From NCBI GenBank assembly GCA_963745835.1, contig CAVUZH010000015.1, positions 1 through 64,000 of the forward strand: 64,000 bases of DNA, in the 5' to 3' direction. Numbering within the stretch: the stretch's first letter is position 1; each line of letters opens with the position of its first letter. The position numbers were made by a program, and so were the translations under genes. Origin of the DNA: an uncultured delta proteobacterium. Lineage in GTDB: Bacteria > Desulfobacterota > Binatia > UBA9968. Below, one piece after another: positions 10,319-19,271 of the stretch. Under the pieces are notes generated by a model. The model was given only the letters and a program-made list of their open reading frames with translations, was not told the DNA's origin and did no database searches.

Positions 10319-10822
10319 ATGTCCTTCCTTACTGACGAACAGAAAGACCTTGCGAACGAGATCGCCGCCCTACTCACCGAGCGACGCGAGACGGTCTGCG
10401 TGGCGGAGTCTACCACTGGAGGCCTCGTGTCCGCGGCACTACTGTGGGTGGCCGGCGCGTCCAAGTACTACGCCGGTGGCAGCGTGCTCTACACGCTTGG
10501 CTCGCGCACGGCGCTGGCGGGTGTGCCGGCATCGATGTTTGAGAACTACCGCGGCACCACGCCGGAGATGATCGCCGCCATCGCCGACGCCATGCGCCAG
10601 CGCCTGGGCGCCACCTGGTGCATCGCCGAATCCGGCCTCGCCGGTCCCACGCGAGGCCGATCCGGCCTGCCACCCGGCCGCACGACGATCTGCGTCTGCG
10701 GCCCTGTAACGCGTGTCAACGTGCAGCAGACCGGCCTGCCGGACCGAGAGCCCAACATGATCGCCTTTACGACTCTGACGCTACGCTATCTGCGGGACGC
10801 GATTAAAGAGGCGGAGCATTAG
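10319..10822 (+). CDS. CinA-family / nicotinamide-mononucleotide deamidase-like protein
   Basis: VAESTTGGLVSA, GAS.YY.GGSVLY, AESGLAGP; GGAGG RBS upstream. Confidence 0.85.
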   Translation: MSFLTDEQKDLANEIAALLTERRETVCVAESTTGGLVSAALLWVAGASKYYAGGSVLYTLGSRTALAGVPASMFENYRGTTPEMIAAIADAMRQRLGATWCIAESGLAGPTRGRSGLPPGRTTICVCGPVTRVNVQQTGLPDREPNMIAFTTLTLRYLRDAIKEAEH

Positions 10823-10899
10823 GAGTTCGCCCCGCAGAAGCTACGGTGTTGGGCAGCCAAATTTGGCGAAATCCGAAATCAGTGTCGCTAAGAAAAAAT

Positions 10900-11180
10900 T
10901 TACCGTCGGCAGATCCACATCGGCACTTCCTGGTTCCTTTGGCGTTTCCACTCATAGAAGCCATCTGCCGGAATCAGATAACGCTGCGTTGAAACGAGCC
11001 GCTTGTACGATGGTCTTTCCCGCAGTGTCTCTGCACGGGCATTTATCAGCCGTTGCCAGATGGCCTTATCGTCGGTCCACGACGGCACGAGACCCCAGCG
11101 CATCGGCTTCAGTATGTTGCGTTCTTCATTACGCACAATCACCCGCACCTGTTGCGAAGGCGCAATGTTATAGCGCAATG
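10900..11180 (-). pseudogene. SRAP (SOS response-associated peptidase, YedK/HMCES) internal fragment
   Basis: RYNIAPSQ, MRWGLVPSW, LINARAET, LIPADGFYEW. The N-terminal MCGR and the C-terminal half are missing. Confidence 0.8.
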
Positions 11181-11319
11181 ATCCGGGCCGAGGCGCCGGG
11201 TCGCCCATTAGCAGGCAGGTCAAGAGGGCACAGACGTTCCTGTGAGAATTTTTTCTTATTCCCTTTTTCAACCCTCGCGGAATGTGTGATCGCTGATTGA
11301 CGCGCCCCTGTTTTCAATC

Positions 11320-11650
11320 AGTTGGTGTCGGATCGCATAGGTCCGCACCAGTCACCCATCAGGTTCAAGGCTTTGGAGCTGTCCCTACTGGGCAGTGATC
11401 TCCCGCCCCTGGCAATTTTCATTGCCCCAGAAAACTATCGGTACCACGCCGCGTCCAAGGTTATAGGATCACAGATCCTGTGGCTCTCCGTGTTCGGGGG
11501 CCAACCCTATTGTGGCTCACGGCGTGGGCGTACCATCGAATCACAGCACCGCCGAGTTGTCGATATGTAAAGGGACGGGATAGCCGCCAATCGGACCATG
11601 TGGTTCTAAGCCAACCCGGGTAATAGGCTCACTATCCCATCCCAACCGTT
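11320..11650 (-). ncRNA. Predicted bridge/seek RNA of the IS110 element
   Basis: Stem GGGAUGGGAUAG/CUAUCCCGUCCC (11572-11643) encloses CCGGGUU and UGGUCCGA, which match the two target flanks. AUGGGUGA (11352-11359) matches the donor end 7/8. RNA boundaries are approximate. Confidence 0.7.
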
Positions 11651-11662
11651 AAATGGATCTTG

Positions 11663-12679
11663 CTAAGCAAAGGCCTTCGTGAGATCAAACGCCACCTGAT
11701 CTTTGATAATGTAGTAACAAGCCCGGCAGAGCTTGTGCGCCACTGCTTTGATCCCCACAATCGCATTGCTCTTGGATTTCTTTTTCTGATAGAAGCTTTT
11801 GATCTTCGAATTAAACCGGATCGCGAAGTTGGCCGCCTCCACAAACGCCCAGGCCAAATACTTATTGCCGTTCTTGGTGTTGCCAGTTCCTTTACGCTTG
11901 CCGTTGCTGATCTTCTGGCTCCCCACACACCGGCAGTACGACGCGTAATTTCCGACACTGGCAAATCTCTCGATCTCTCCGGTCTCGAGCATGATAGTCA
12001 GCGCCAGGATGGGCCCGATTCCGGGTACCGTCTTTAGAAACCTGAACTGAGAGCGCAGCTTGACTCGGTCTTGGACGGTTTTTTCCAGGATCTCGATCTG
12101 GGCATCAGCGCTGTTCATCACCGCCAGATTGGCTTTGAGCGCTAGGACGAGATCCGGGTTGGGCAACACTCCATCGACGCGTTGGATATTGAGCGCTTTG
12201 ATGTACTGGGCGCTGATCGTGTTCCCCGTGGTGCGGCTTATCAGACTCTGGATACTCAGAAGATTCGCCGTCCTTTGATGCACGAGCTGGCCCCGCTTAC
12301 GCAACAAATCACGCAGCGCTCGCTCCTGCTTCGGATAGATGTAGCCCTCGGGTAAGACCCCGAGCCGGAGCAGATGGGCCAGCCACCGCGCATCGCTGTG
12401 GTCGTCGGTATACTTCAGCCCACTGTACTGCTGGATGGCCGCCGTGTTGGCGAGATGAAGTCGGTAGCCCTTCTCCATCAGTCCATCAACCAGCCAGTAC
12501 CAGTTATAGGTAGACTCCACCACGATGTCCTGAAGCGATCTCCGATAGGTTGACAGTTCCTGTGTGATCAACGAAAGATCGTTGGGCAAACGCTTCTGAT
12601 ACACCACTTGATCTTGCTCATTGATCACCACCGTCACGTTGTTGGTGGAATGCAAATCGATTGCTCCGTACAATTTCAT
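11663..12679 (-). CDS. IS110-family transposase/recombinase
   Basis: DEDD RuvC-like motifs AIDLH, VVES, KYTDDHSDA; VPGIGP and KNGNKYLAWAFVEAA in the C-terminal domain; AGGAGG RBS. Confidence 0.95.
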   Translation of the reverse strand: MKLYGAIDLHSTNNVTVVINEQDQVVYQKRLPNDLSLITQELSTYRRSLQDIVVESTYNWYWLVDGLMEKGYRLHLANTAAIQQYSGLKYTDDHSDARWLAHLLRLGVLPEGYIYPKQERALRDLLRKRGQLVHQRTANLLSIQSLISRTTGNTISAQYIKALNIQRVDGVLPNPDLVLALKANLAVMNSADAQIEILEKTVQDRVKLRSQFRFLKTVPGIGPILALTIMLETGEIERFASVGNYASYCRCVGSQKISNGKRKGTGNTKNGNKYLAWAFVEAANFAIRFNSKIKSFYQKKKSKSNAIVGIKAVAHKLCRACYYIIKDQVAFDLTKAFA

Positions 12680-12759
12680 CCCGGTTCCTCCTTTGAGTGG
12701 GTGTGGGGTTGTTTCCCCGCACGTTACGGCCTCTCGAAGGACCCTGCTAGATGATTATC

Positions 12760-13035
12760 GGACCACGCTATGTCGTTGCTTCATCAAACGATTTCTTTCC
12801 AAAGAACGTGTTTTGAGACCTTAGAGCCTCAGTTTCAGCGGCGAATTTGAGCGCGTACTCCTTCGCCATCTCCCGCAGCACGTAACTTCCATCGGATTCG
12901 ACGACATAGCGATGTGCGGCCTTGAACCAAGCTCGCTTCTTACCTCATCAATAAACGCTAAGCTTCCGACCGCGATCGATTCGGATCAACGATCATCGCG
13001 AATCGATAAGTCGTTCTCAAGCCGTCGGCATAGTG
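12760..13035 (-). pseudogene. C-terminal remnant of a RAYT-like transposase
   Basis: RDDR*SESIAVGSLAFIDEVRSELG..., YVLRE, ETEALRSQNTFF pieces running into the IS110 left junction. Confidence 0.65.
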
Positions 13036-13207
13036 TTGGCCGCCCCCCTCTTCTGAAATGAGTGCTTGCACCCGCATCGGTGAACTTAATTACGTCACGA
13101 GTACAATGAGGGTACTCGGAGCCGGCGTTGCGAATATCGTCCGCGACAATTGCATGCGGCTGTTTCATCAAGTAAAGGAAACATAAGCTGATCTAATCAC
13201 CGAGTCG

Positions 13208-14218
13208 TTGATGAAAATTTTTCACGCGCTGTTGCGCACGCAAAAGATCGCCTGTTTGTTTGCTCTCCTGCTCGCATGTCCTCCCGCGAGCGTTTTCGGA
13301 GCGGCGGCGCCGACTTCCATGCGTATCCTTTATCCCAGCTTCGCTGGATCGTGGGGAACGACGTGGATCGCCAAGGAAGCGGGCTATTTTCTCGACGAGC
13401 GTTTGGACGTCGAGCTGATTCGGGTCGGCGGTAGCTCACGGATGGTTGCCGCCATGATTGGCGGCAATGCGTCGATCATTCAAGCCGGGGCCATAGCCGC
13501 GGTGCAAGCGAACACGGCGGGCGGCGACGTCGTGATCATAGGCGCTACAGGCGCGGTATCGTCTTTTCGCTTGATGGCTCGTCCTGAGATCAAAAATGTG
13601 TCGGACCTGAAAGGAAAGAGAGCCGGCATTACTACTTTCGGTTCCACTTCCGACCAGGTGATTCGCATCGCGCTCAAGAAATCCAACCTGGAGCCGAACA
13701 AAGATGTCGCCCTGCTCAGTCTCGGCGCCCAGCCGGAAGTCTTCGCCGCGCTGCAAAGCGGTGCCGTGCAAGCGGGAGCTTTCACTTTCCCGCTCTACGC
13801 AGCCGCCGCCAAGTTGGGAATGCGCGAACTCATCAATTTTGGCGCGCTTGGGGTTGAAGACATCACGGGCACGGTGATCACCACCCGCAGCTTCATCGCC
13901 AAAGAGCGCGACACCGCGCTGCGCTTTCTCCGCGCTTTCACGCGCGGCATGCAGCGCTATCGCACCGACAAAGAATTCAGCAAGAAAGTGCTGGGCAAAT
14001 ACGGCAAGATCACCGACGACGAAGCGTTGGAAGGAACCTGGCAGGACTACGCGCCGACGTTGCAAAAGACTCCGCGGCCGTCGCTGAAAGCCATCCAGTT
14101 CATGATCGAGAATCAATACCCGGACAAGAAGCCGCTGCCGAAACCCGAGCAGTTTGTCGATCTGACGCTGGTCGATCAGCTTGAAAAGAGCGGCTTCTTC
14201 GATGCGGTCAATCGGTAG
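13208..14218 (+). CDS. NMT1/THI5-like ABC solute-binding protein
   Basis: Signal peptide, WIAKEAGYF...LDVEL, DLKGKRAGIT.FGS, C-terminal QLEKSGFF. Confidence 0.9.
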   Translation: MMKIFHALLRTQKIACLFALLLACPPASVFGAAAPTSMRILYPSFAGSWGTTWIAKEAGYFLDERLDVELIRVGGSSRMVAAMIGGNASIIQAGAIAAVQANTAGGDVVIIGATGAVSSFRLMARPEIKNVSDLKGKRAGITTFGSTSDQVIRIALKKSNLEPNKDVALLSLGAQPEVFAALQSGAVQAGAFTFPLYAAAAKLGMRELINFGALGVEDITGTVITTRSFIAKERDTALRFLRAFTRGMQRYRTDKEFSKKVLGKYGKITDDEALEGTWQDYAPTLQKTPRPSLKAIQFMIENQYPDKKPLPKPEQFVDLTLVDQLEKSGFFDAVNR

Positions 14219-14489
14219 GGACAGCGGCTCGTAAGCGTCTCGGGACTGCCCGGGCTCCTGCATTCCCCGAAGCATCAAAAGCAACACCTGGATTTTCCTC
14301 GATCAGAAAGGCAATTGACAACTCTCCGGTCCGGCGTTACTGCTCGGCCACAGCAAAGAGCTGGTTTGAATTTCTTATCCATACGCGCGATCATGCAGTG
14401 TGGCCAGTTCACTCGGGTGATCGTCCCGTCCCTCGACGCGGCGCCCCTCTCGGCATGAAATAAGAAATAGAAAGTTGAAAGGATTTCAG

Positions 14490-16022
14490 TTGCCCCAGCA
14501 GGACCGTCTCAACATCGCCGTCTTCATCGACTTCGACAACATCGAAATCGGCGTCAAATCAACCCTGGGAGAGAATTTCGACATCGGCGCTATCCTCGAC
14601 GCCTTGAAGGAGCGGGGTGAGGTGGTCACCAAGATCGCCTATGCCGACTGGACGCGCGCGGGCGAGTACAGCCGCCATCTCACGCAGCACGCCATCCGGC
14701 TGGTGCAGCGCAATCTGACGCCCGGCGGCGACAAGAACGGGGCGGACATCAATCTCGCCCTCGACGCCCTCGAAATGGCGTTCACCCACCCGCACATCAA
14801 CGCGTACGTGATCGTCGGCGGCGACAGCGACTTCCTCTCGCTGGTCGAGAAGCTGAAGCAGTACGACAAGAAAGTCTTCGTCGTGGGCGGCCGCGCTTTC
14901 ACGAGCATTATCCTGCAGCGCAACTGCCACGAGTTCATCGCGTACGAGAACCTCACAGGTAGCCGTCGCTCCGCGTTCAAGGGTGGTCGCCCGGTGGCGC
15001 CCGCAGCCTCCAGCCCGATCGCGCAGGCGTTCCCAATCGTGCGCCGCGCGCTGAAGATCCTGTCCGACCGCGAAGTGTCGCCGCAGACGGGGCTCCTGAA
15101 GAGCACCCTGCTCCAGCTCGACTCGACCTTCTCCGAACGCAACTACGGTGCGTCCTCGTTCCACGACTTCGTCGAAAAGCTGGCTCAGGCCGGACTCGCG
15201 CAATTGAAGCACACTGGCCGGAGCGTGATGGTCGAATTGAACGAGCAGTTTGAGGAAGGCGATCAGTCGGCGGCCCCGCCGGCCAAGCCCCAGGCTGCGC
15301 CGGAGACGCGGCGGGACATCCTTCGACCGCCTTCTTCCGAGGGGGAGACCGTCGAGGCACCTGTCGTCGCGGAGGCACCCGTCACGCCGGCGGGTGACCA
15401 GGCTGATGGTGTCCGGCTTGTCGGCCAAATTCTGACGGCCGCGACGACCGCGCGGTGGCCGATATACCTGCGCAACGTCAAACAGCTGTTGCGCGCAGCC
15501 GATGGTGGTTTCGACGAGCGCCGCTACGGATTCGCCGGCCTGATCGATCTGTTGCGTGCCTGTCAGCGCGAGGGCCTCGTGCGGCTCGAACGAGATCGCC
15601 GCGGCGGCCTGCTCGTCTTCAAGGGGCCGGTCCTGCAGCAGACGGGGTCGAACCGGTCTGCGGTCCCGCAACTGGGCCCGGGCGAAGCGGAGTCCGACGA
15701 CGCCGTCGAATCGATGGACGCCGGTGCGCCCGAGCAACTGGAGGAACTTAATCAAGGCGAGCCGGACAATCGGCTGGAGCCGCACGCGGAGGCCGTTGAC
15801 GACGACAAGGCGTCCGAGATCGGGCCCATTCCCATCGACACGACCGCGGAACCCCTCGGGCGCGCCAAGCCGCGCCGTCCGCGCGCCCGCCTCGGGGCCG
15901 CCACCCCGGCCGCCGCTCGTAGCACCCGAAAGACGACGGCGCCGAAAAAGCCTGCGGCCCGTCCAACCACCCGATCGCGGAAGACCACCCGCTCCGACTC
16001 CGGCGGCAAAAACGAGAGCTGA
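14490..16022 (+). CDS. NYN-domain (LabA/DUF88) protein with two OST-HTH/LOTUS-like domains
   Basis: VFIDFDN, KNGADINLALDA, GGDSDF motifs; FSERNYG..SF and FDERRYGF..L repeats; basic low-complexity tail. TTG start after GAAAGGA. Confidence 0.9.
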   Translation: MPQQDRLNIAVFIDFDNIEIGVKSTLGENFDIGAILDALKERGEVVTKIAYADWTRAGEYSRHLTQHAIRLVQRNLTPGGDKNGADINLALDALEMAFTHPHINAYVIVGGDSDFLSLVEKLKQYDKKVFVVGGRAFTSIILQRNCHEFIAYENLTGSRRSAFKGGRPVAPAASSPIAQAFPIVRRALKILSDREVSPQTGLLKSTLLQLDSTFSERNYGASSFHDFVEKLAQAGLAQLKHTGRSVMVELNEQFEEGDQSAAPPAKPQAAPETRRDILRPPSSEGETVEAPVVAEAPVTPAGDQADGVRLVGQILTAATTARWPIYLRNVKQLLRAADGGFDERRYGFAGLIDLLRACQREGLVRLERDRRGGLLVFKGPVLQQTGSNRSAVPQLGPGEAESDDAVESMDAGAPEQLEELNQGEPDNRLEPHAEAVDDDKASEIGPIPIDTTAEPLGRAKPRRPRARLGAATPAAARSTRKTTAPKKPAARPTTRSRKTTRSDSGGKNES

Positions 16023-16492
16023 CGCGCAGAGGAGACTTTTACGTATCGACGATTTGCGCAGCCGGTCTCCCGTCCTGTCGTATCATCGGCTTGCAACCGA
16101 TTGCTCGGCGGCACGAGCGCACAGGCCAGGAGGGTCTGGCCTGAGTATTGAGTTATGGTCGTCACCACCAACTTCAGGATCGGACTATGCAAATTCTCGA
16201 TTTTAAAATTTAGGCGTGTTCACTTCCATGGCGTGCACGCGATAAATGCCACCGCAAGACGCGGGAAAGGGCTCGAAGCCTGCTGGAAATCGGGCGCGCT
16301 GTTGGGTCGACCACCTAGGGATCGGGACGAGCGACGCGGATTTGGGTCGCGTCTTGAATCTTGACATTCTGCCGCAATCGATGCTCGCGATAGCGTTTCC
16401 TCGGCAAAGAATTCAGTGAATGCAATAATGACACTAAGCTCGATGGCGTATAGCTGACTAGGTTGACCAACTAGGTCCCACCGTCAAGGTCC

Positions 16493-17533
16493 TTACTTGC
16501 CTTCGTAGAGCTTCTTGATAAACCCGCTCTTGTCGAGTTCCGTGATGAAACTTGCGTCGACGAATTCCTCCGGCTTGTGGTTGCGAATGTCGGGACGGGT
16601 TTGCGCGACGTAGTCGTAGGTGGGTTCGAGACCTTTGGTGATCGGATACGGGGCAGGGATAAAGTCTTGTTTGAAGATATTGTAAGAGCCTTCGAGAAAT
16701 TCTCGATCCGCGGTCCTGACGTATTTGGTCAAGACCTTTAGCGCGAACTCTTTGTTCTGCTTGTGGAAGGCTATGCCTTCGACATGGGAGCGGACCATGC
16801 GCATGACCGTGTCACGGTCCTCCCGGATATTTCTGCGGGTCGTCACCACGGACGTCGTCGGGAAAACGATTTCTTTGCGGGCGTCGATCAAAACGCGGTA
16901 GCCTTTGCGCTCGGCTTGAATATCGGCAGGATAGGTCACGTCGGCGCCGTCAATCACGCCGGTCAATAATGCTTGCAGCCGCTCCGCGTTGGTGCCGATC
17001 GAAATCCAGGTAATCTCGCGGTCGGGATTGATGCCGTGCTTGCGTAGCGCATAGCGAAACAAGAAATCTCCTAGCGAGCCAATGCTCGAAGTCGCCACTC
17101 TTTTGCCGCGCAAATCCGCCGCGGTTTTGATTTCCGGTCGAACCAGCAATTTGCTGCTCGCCGAAGCGATCGTGTGGGCTACGTTGACCATATCGGCGCC
17201 GTTCAGGTCGGCAAGCATCAACTGCGGCAAGGCTACCGGGGCGGCAAACAAACTCCCGCTCAAGAGCGCCTGCGAGCTCTGTCCAGAGCCGCGCAGCAAG
17301 ACAATTTCAACGTCCAAGCCGTTCTTCTCGTAGATTTTCGCTTCCTTGGCGATCCAGGGAATCCACATGGCCGCCGACAAAGCGGTCTGGCCCCAGTTGA
17401 TTTTTTTGAGCGGCCGCTCCTGAGCCCAAGTCGGCATAGGTCCGAGCAGCAGGGCCGCCACGGCTGCCAAAACAAATCGACAAGATTTTCTGTGCTGCAT
17501 TCTGGCATGATTCATAGCCGTTTCCATTTTCAT
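16493..17533 (-). CDS. NMT1/THI5-like ABC solute-binding protein
   Basis: WIAKEAKIYEKNGLDVE, DLRGKRVA, ELDKSGFIKKLY. Confidence 0.9.
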   Translation of the reverse strand: MKMETAMNHARMQHRKSCRFVLAAVAALLLGPMPTWAQERPLKKINWGQTALSAAMWIPWIAKEAKIYEKNGLDVEIVLLRGSGQSSQALLSGSLFAAPVALPQLMLADLNGADMVNVAHTIASASSKLLVRPEIKTAADLRGKRVATSSIGSLGDFLFRYALRKHGINPDREITWISIGTNAERLQALLTGVIDGADVTYPADIQAERKGYRVLIDARKEIVFPTTSVVTTRRNIREDRDTVMRMVRSHVEGIAFHKQNKEFALKVLTKYVRTADREFLEGSYNIFKQDFIPAPYPITKGLEPTYDYVAQTRPDIRNHKPEEFVDASFITELDKSGFIKKLYEGK

Positions 17534-17721
17534 TTCGGTTCGTACAGCTTTTTGATAAATCCGCTTTTCTCGAGCTCGGCGATAAGGCTCGGATCGACGA
17601 ACGGGACGCAGATCAGGGAGTCGCAGAACATGGGATCTAGAAACGCCGTGGCCGCTTCTTCAAAGGATACACCGTGCTTACGCCAGTTGCTCTGGGCTTT
17701 TCGTGGATCCCAATCGAACAT
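17530..17721 (-). pseudogene. Chimera of a BrnT-toxin N-terminus and a solute-binding-protein C-terminus
   Basis: FDWDPRKAQSNWRKHGVSFEEAATAFLDP joined to FVDPSLIAELEKSGFIKKLYEPK. Confidence 0.7.
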
Positions 17722-17910
17722 GAGTTATGTATATACACTATACAACGAGTGAACGAAAATTAAGAAGCAGAAGGTCGAGAGCCGCTTCAACCCACACATG
17801 CCGCCACATAGAGCACACCGGCCAGTAGGCGATCTAAATTGCTCCAGGGCGGCCGGCCGCCACATGAACTTTTGCTGCTACTCGTTTTAGGTGATTACCT
17901 GACTGCAACC

Positions 17911-18000
17911 CTAAATCTTGGTGAGCAAGCCGCTCCCGTGGCTGGCAATCACCGCATCGAAGTTGTCGACGCCGTGTTCACGTCCATGGCCCGCACGCGC
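17911..18000 (-). pseudogene. C-terminal relic of a Rieske oxygenase paralog
   Basis: RVRAMDVNT..DNFDAVIASHGSGLLTKI* versus RVRAMDVNTAVDNFDAMIASHGKGLRAEV* of the gene ending at 19272. Confidence 0.75.
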
Positions 18001-18003
18001 TGT

Positions 18004-18792
18004 TCAGTCGACCACCGACCGATCGGGAACGAGCGACCGCTGGAGCCACTGGAACATCCGCCATCCGACGGAGTCAGCGGCGAGTGTCGACGCTGCAAGC
18101 GCAGCGGCCTCGTCGGAGATCGGTCGGCCGTTGGGCGCTTTCACGTGGACCTCGGCCACCCGTTCGGCCATCACAAACCATCCGACCGATTCCTCCACCG
18201 ACCGGCCGACCGTGAGCAGGCCGTGGTTGCGCAGGATGCAGAACTTTTTGTCGCCGAGCGCCGCGGCGATGCGCTCGCCGCCATCGATCGAAAGCACCTC
18301 CACCTCCTCATCGTCGAAGAGGGCTTGGTCGAACACGAAGGCGCACGCCTCCTGACTGAGCGCGCGAAACGGCTCGACGTTGGCCGACCATGGCGTGCCG
18401 AAGGCGGTGTGGGTGTGAGATGCGCTCACGACGTCGGGACGGGCAGCGAGCAGCGGATGGTGGATGTTGTAGCCGGCCGTGTTGACGGCACCGGTCGGAT
18501 TGCCGTCGGCGTTCTTCACTTCGCCACCGGGCCCGACCAGCACCAACTGGTGGACCGTCGCCTCGCTGAAGGGGACACCCCAGTCGAGCAGCCAGAAGTG
18601 GTCGGTAAACACAGGGTCACGGGCCGATATGTGGCCGTCGCCGAGCATGCCCCAGCGCAGCGCACCGAAGATGCGGTATCCAAGCGCACACATCCGCTTG
18701 CGATGCGCCCGCTCGTCAGCAACCGAACGGACGGTGCCGTAGGGCTCGACCTCGTTGAACGGTGGATAGGGACTCGAGATCATGTCATCCAT
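18004..18792 (-). CDS. Class II aldolase/adducin family protein
   Basis: GHISARDP, IHHPL..ARPDV..ASHTHT, ILRNHGLLTVG. Start uncertain (ORF extends to 18843). Confidence 0.9.
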   Translation of the reverse strand: MDDMISSPYPPFNEVEPYGTVRSVADERAHRKRMCALGYRIFGALRWGMLGDGHISARDPVFTDHFWLLDWGVPFSEATVHQLVLVGPGGEVKNADGNPTGAVNTAGYNIHHPLLAARPDVVSASHTHTAFGTPWSANVEPFRALSQEACAFVFDQALFDDEEVEVLSIDGGERIAAALGDKKFCILRNHGLLTVGRSVEESVGWFVMAERVAEVHVKAPNGRPISDEAAALAASTLAADSVGWRMFQWLQRSLVPDRSVVD

Positions 18793-18912
18793 GGGTACGT
18801 CACATGACAGTCGGGTGTTTCTATCGAGGAATCTCACCCGCATAATAGGAAGCTAAACGCAAAGGCTGAGAAGCGCGAAGCGGCTTTCTCAACGGCTGGT
18901 TGGAGCACCCGC

Positions 18913-19185
18913 CTACTTCGGCACATCTTCTAACCGGATACCTCGCCCAGCTCTTAAGCTCCTTCGAGCTTGTTCAACCCGCTCAAGAAAACGCGGATCG
19001 TTCTCAAGCTTGTAATCAAACCAGTCGTCCTCTGACTCGAATCCAATCAGAACACCGGCAGGCTTTCCGTCTCGAGTTATGACAATCTCCTGCTTTTCCG
19101 CCTCGCGCAGAAACCGTGAAAGATCGTCTTTGATCTCAGATAACGGGACTTCTTTTATTCGGGCTTTCCGCCCTGCTCCAGCCAT
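18913..19185 (-). CDS. Phd/YefM-family antitoxin, orphan
   Basis: VPLSEIKDDLSRFLREAEKQEIVITRDGKPAGVLI. The original start appears lost. Confidence 0.75.
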   Translation of the reverse strand: MAGAGRKARIKEVPLSEIKDDLSRFLREAEKQEIVITRDGKPAGVLIGFESEDDWFDYKLENDPRFLERVEQARRSLRAGRGIRLEDVPK

Positions 19186-19271
19186 TTTGCAGCCTCCGTT
19201 TGGGGATAATCGCCAAAACCTTGCGCCGCAGCAAAGTCAACGTGCTCTAACGCCGTAATACAATGGACTAG

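Larger units (their letters stand above)
11201..12759 (-). mobile_element. IS110-family element with a long 3' non-coding end; inferred GA core at both ends
   Basis: Intact transposase. Minus-strand junctions GTGGTCC-GA-TAATCAT (left) and TAATGGGC-GA-CCCGG (right). The right end recurs at 34442-34495 with different flanks. Confidence 0.8.

Noticed and set aside
12986-12988. In-frame TGA in RDDR*SESIAVG as selenocysteine
   Set aside because: The position corresponds to Trp (WSESIAVG) in a decayed transposase; TGG to TGA nonsense is the simpler reading.
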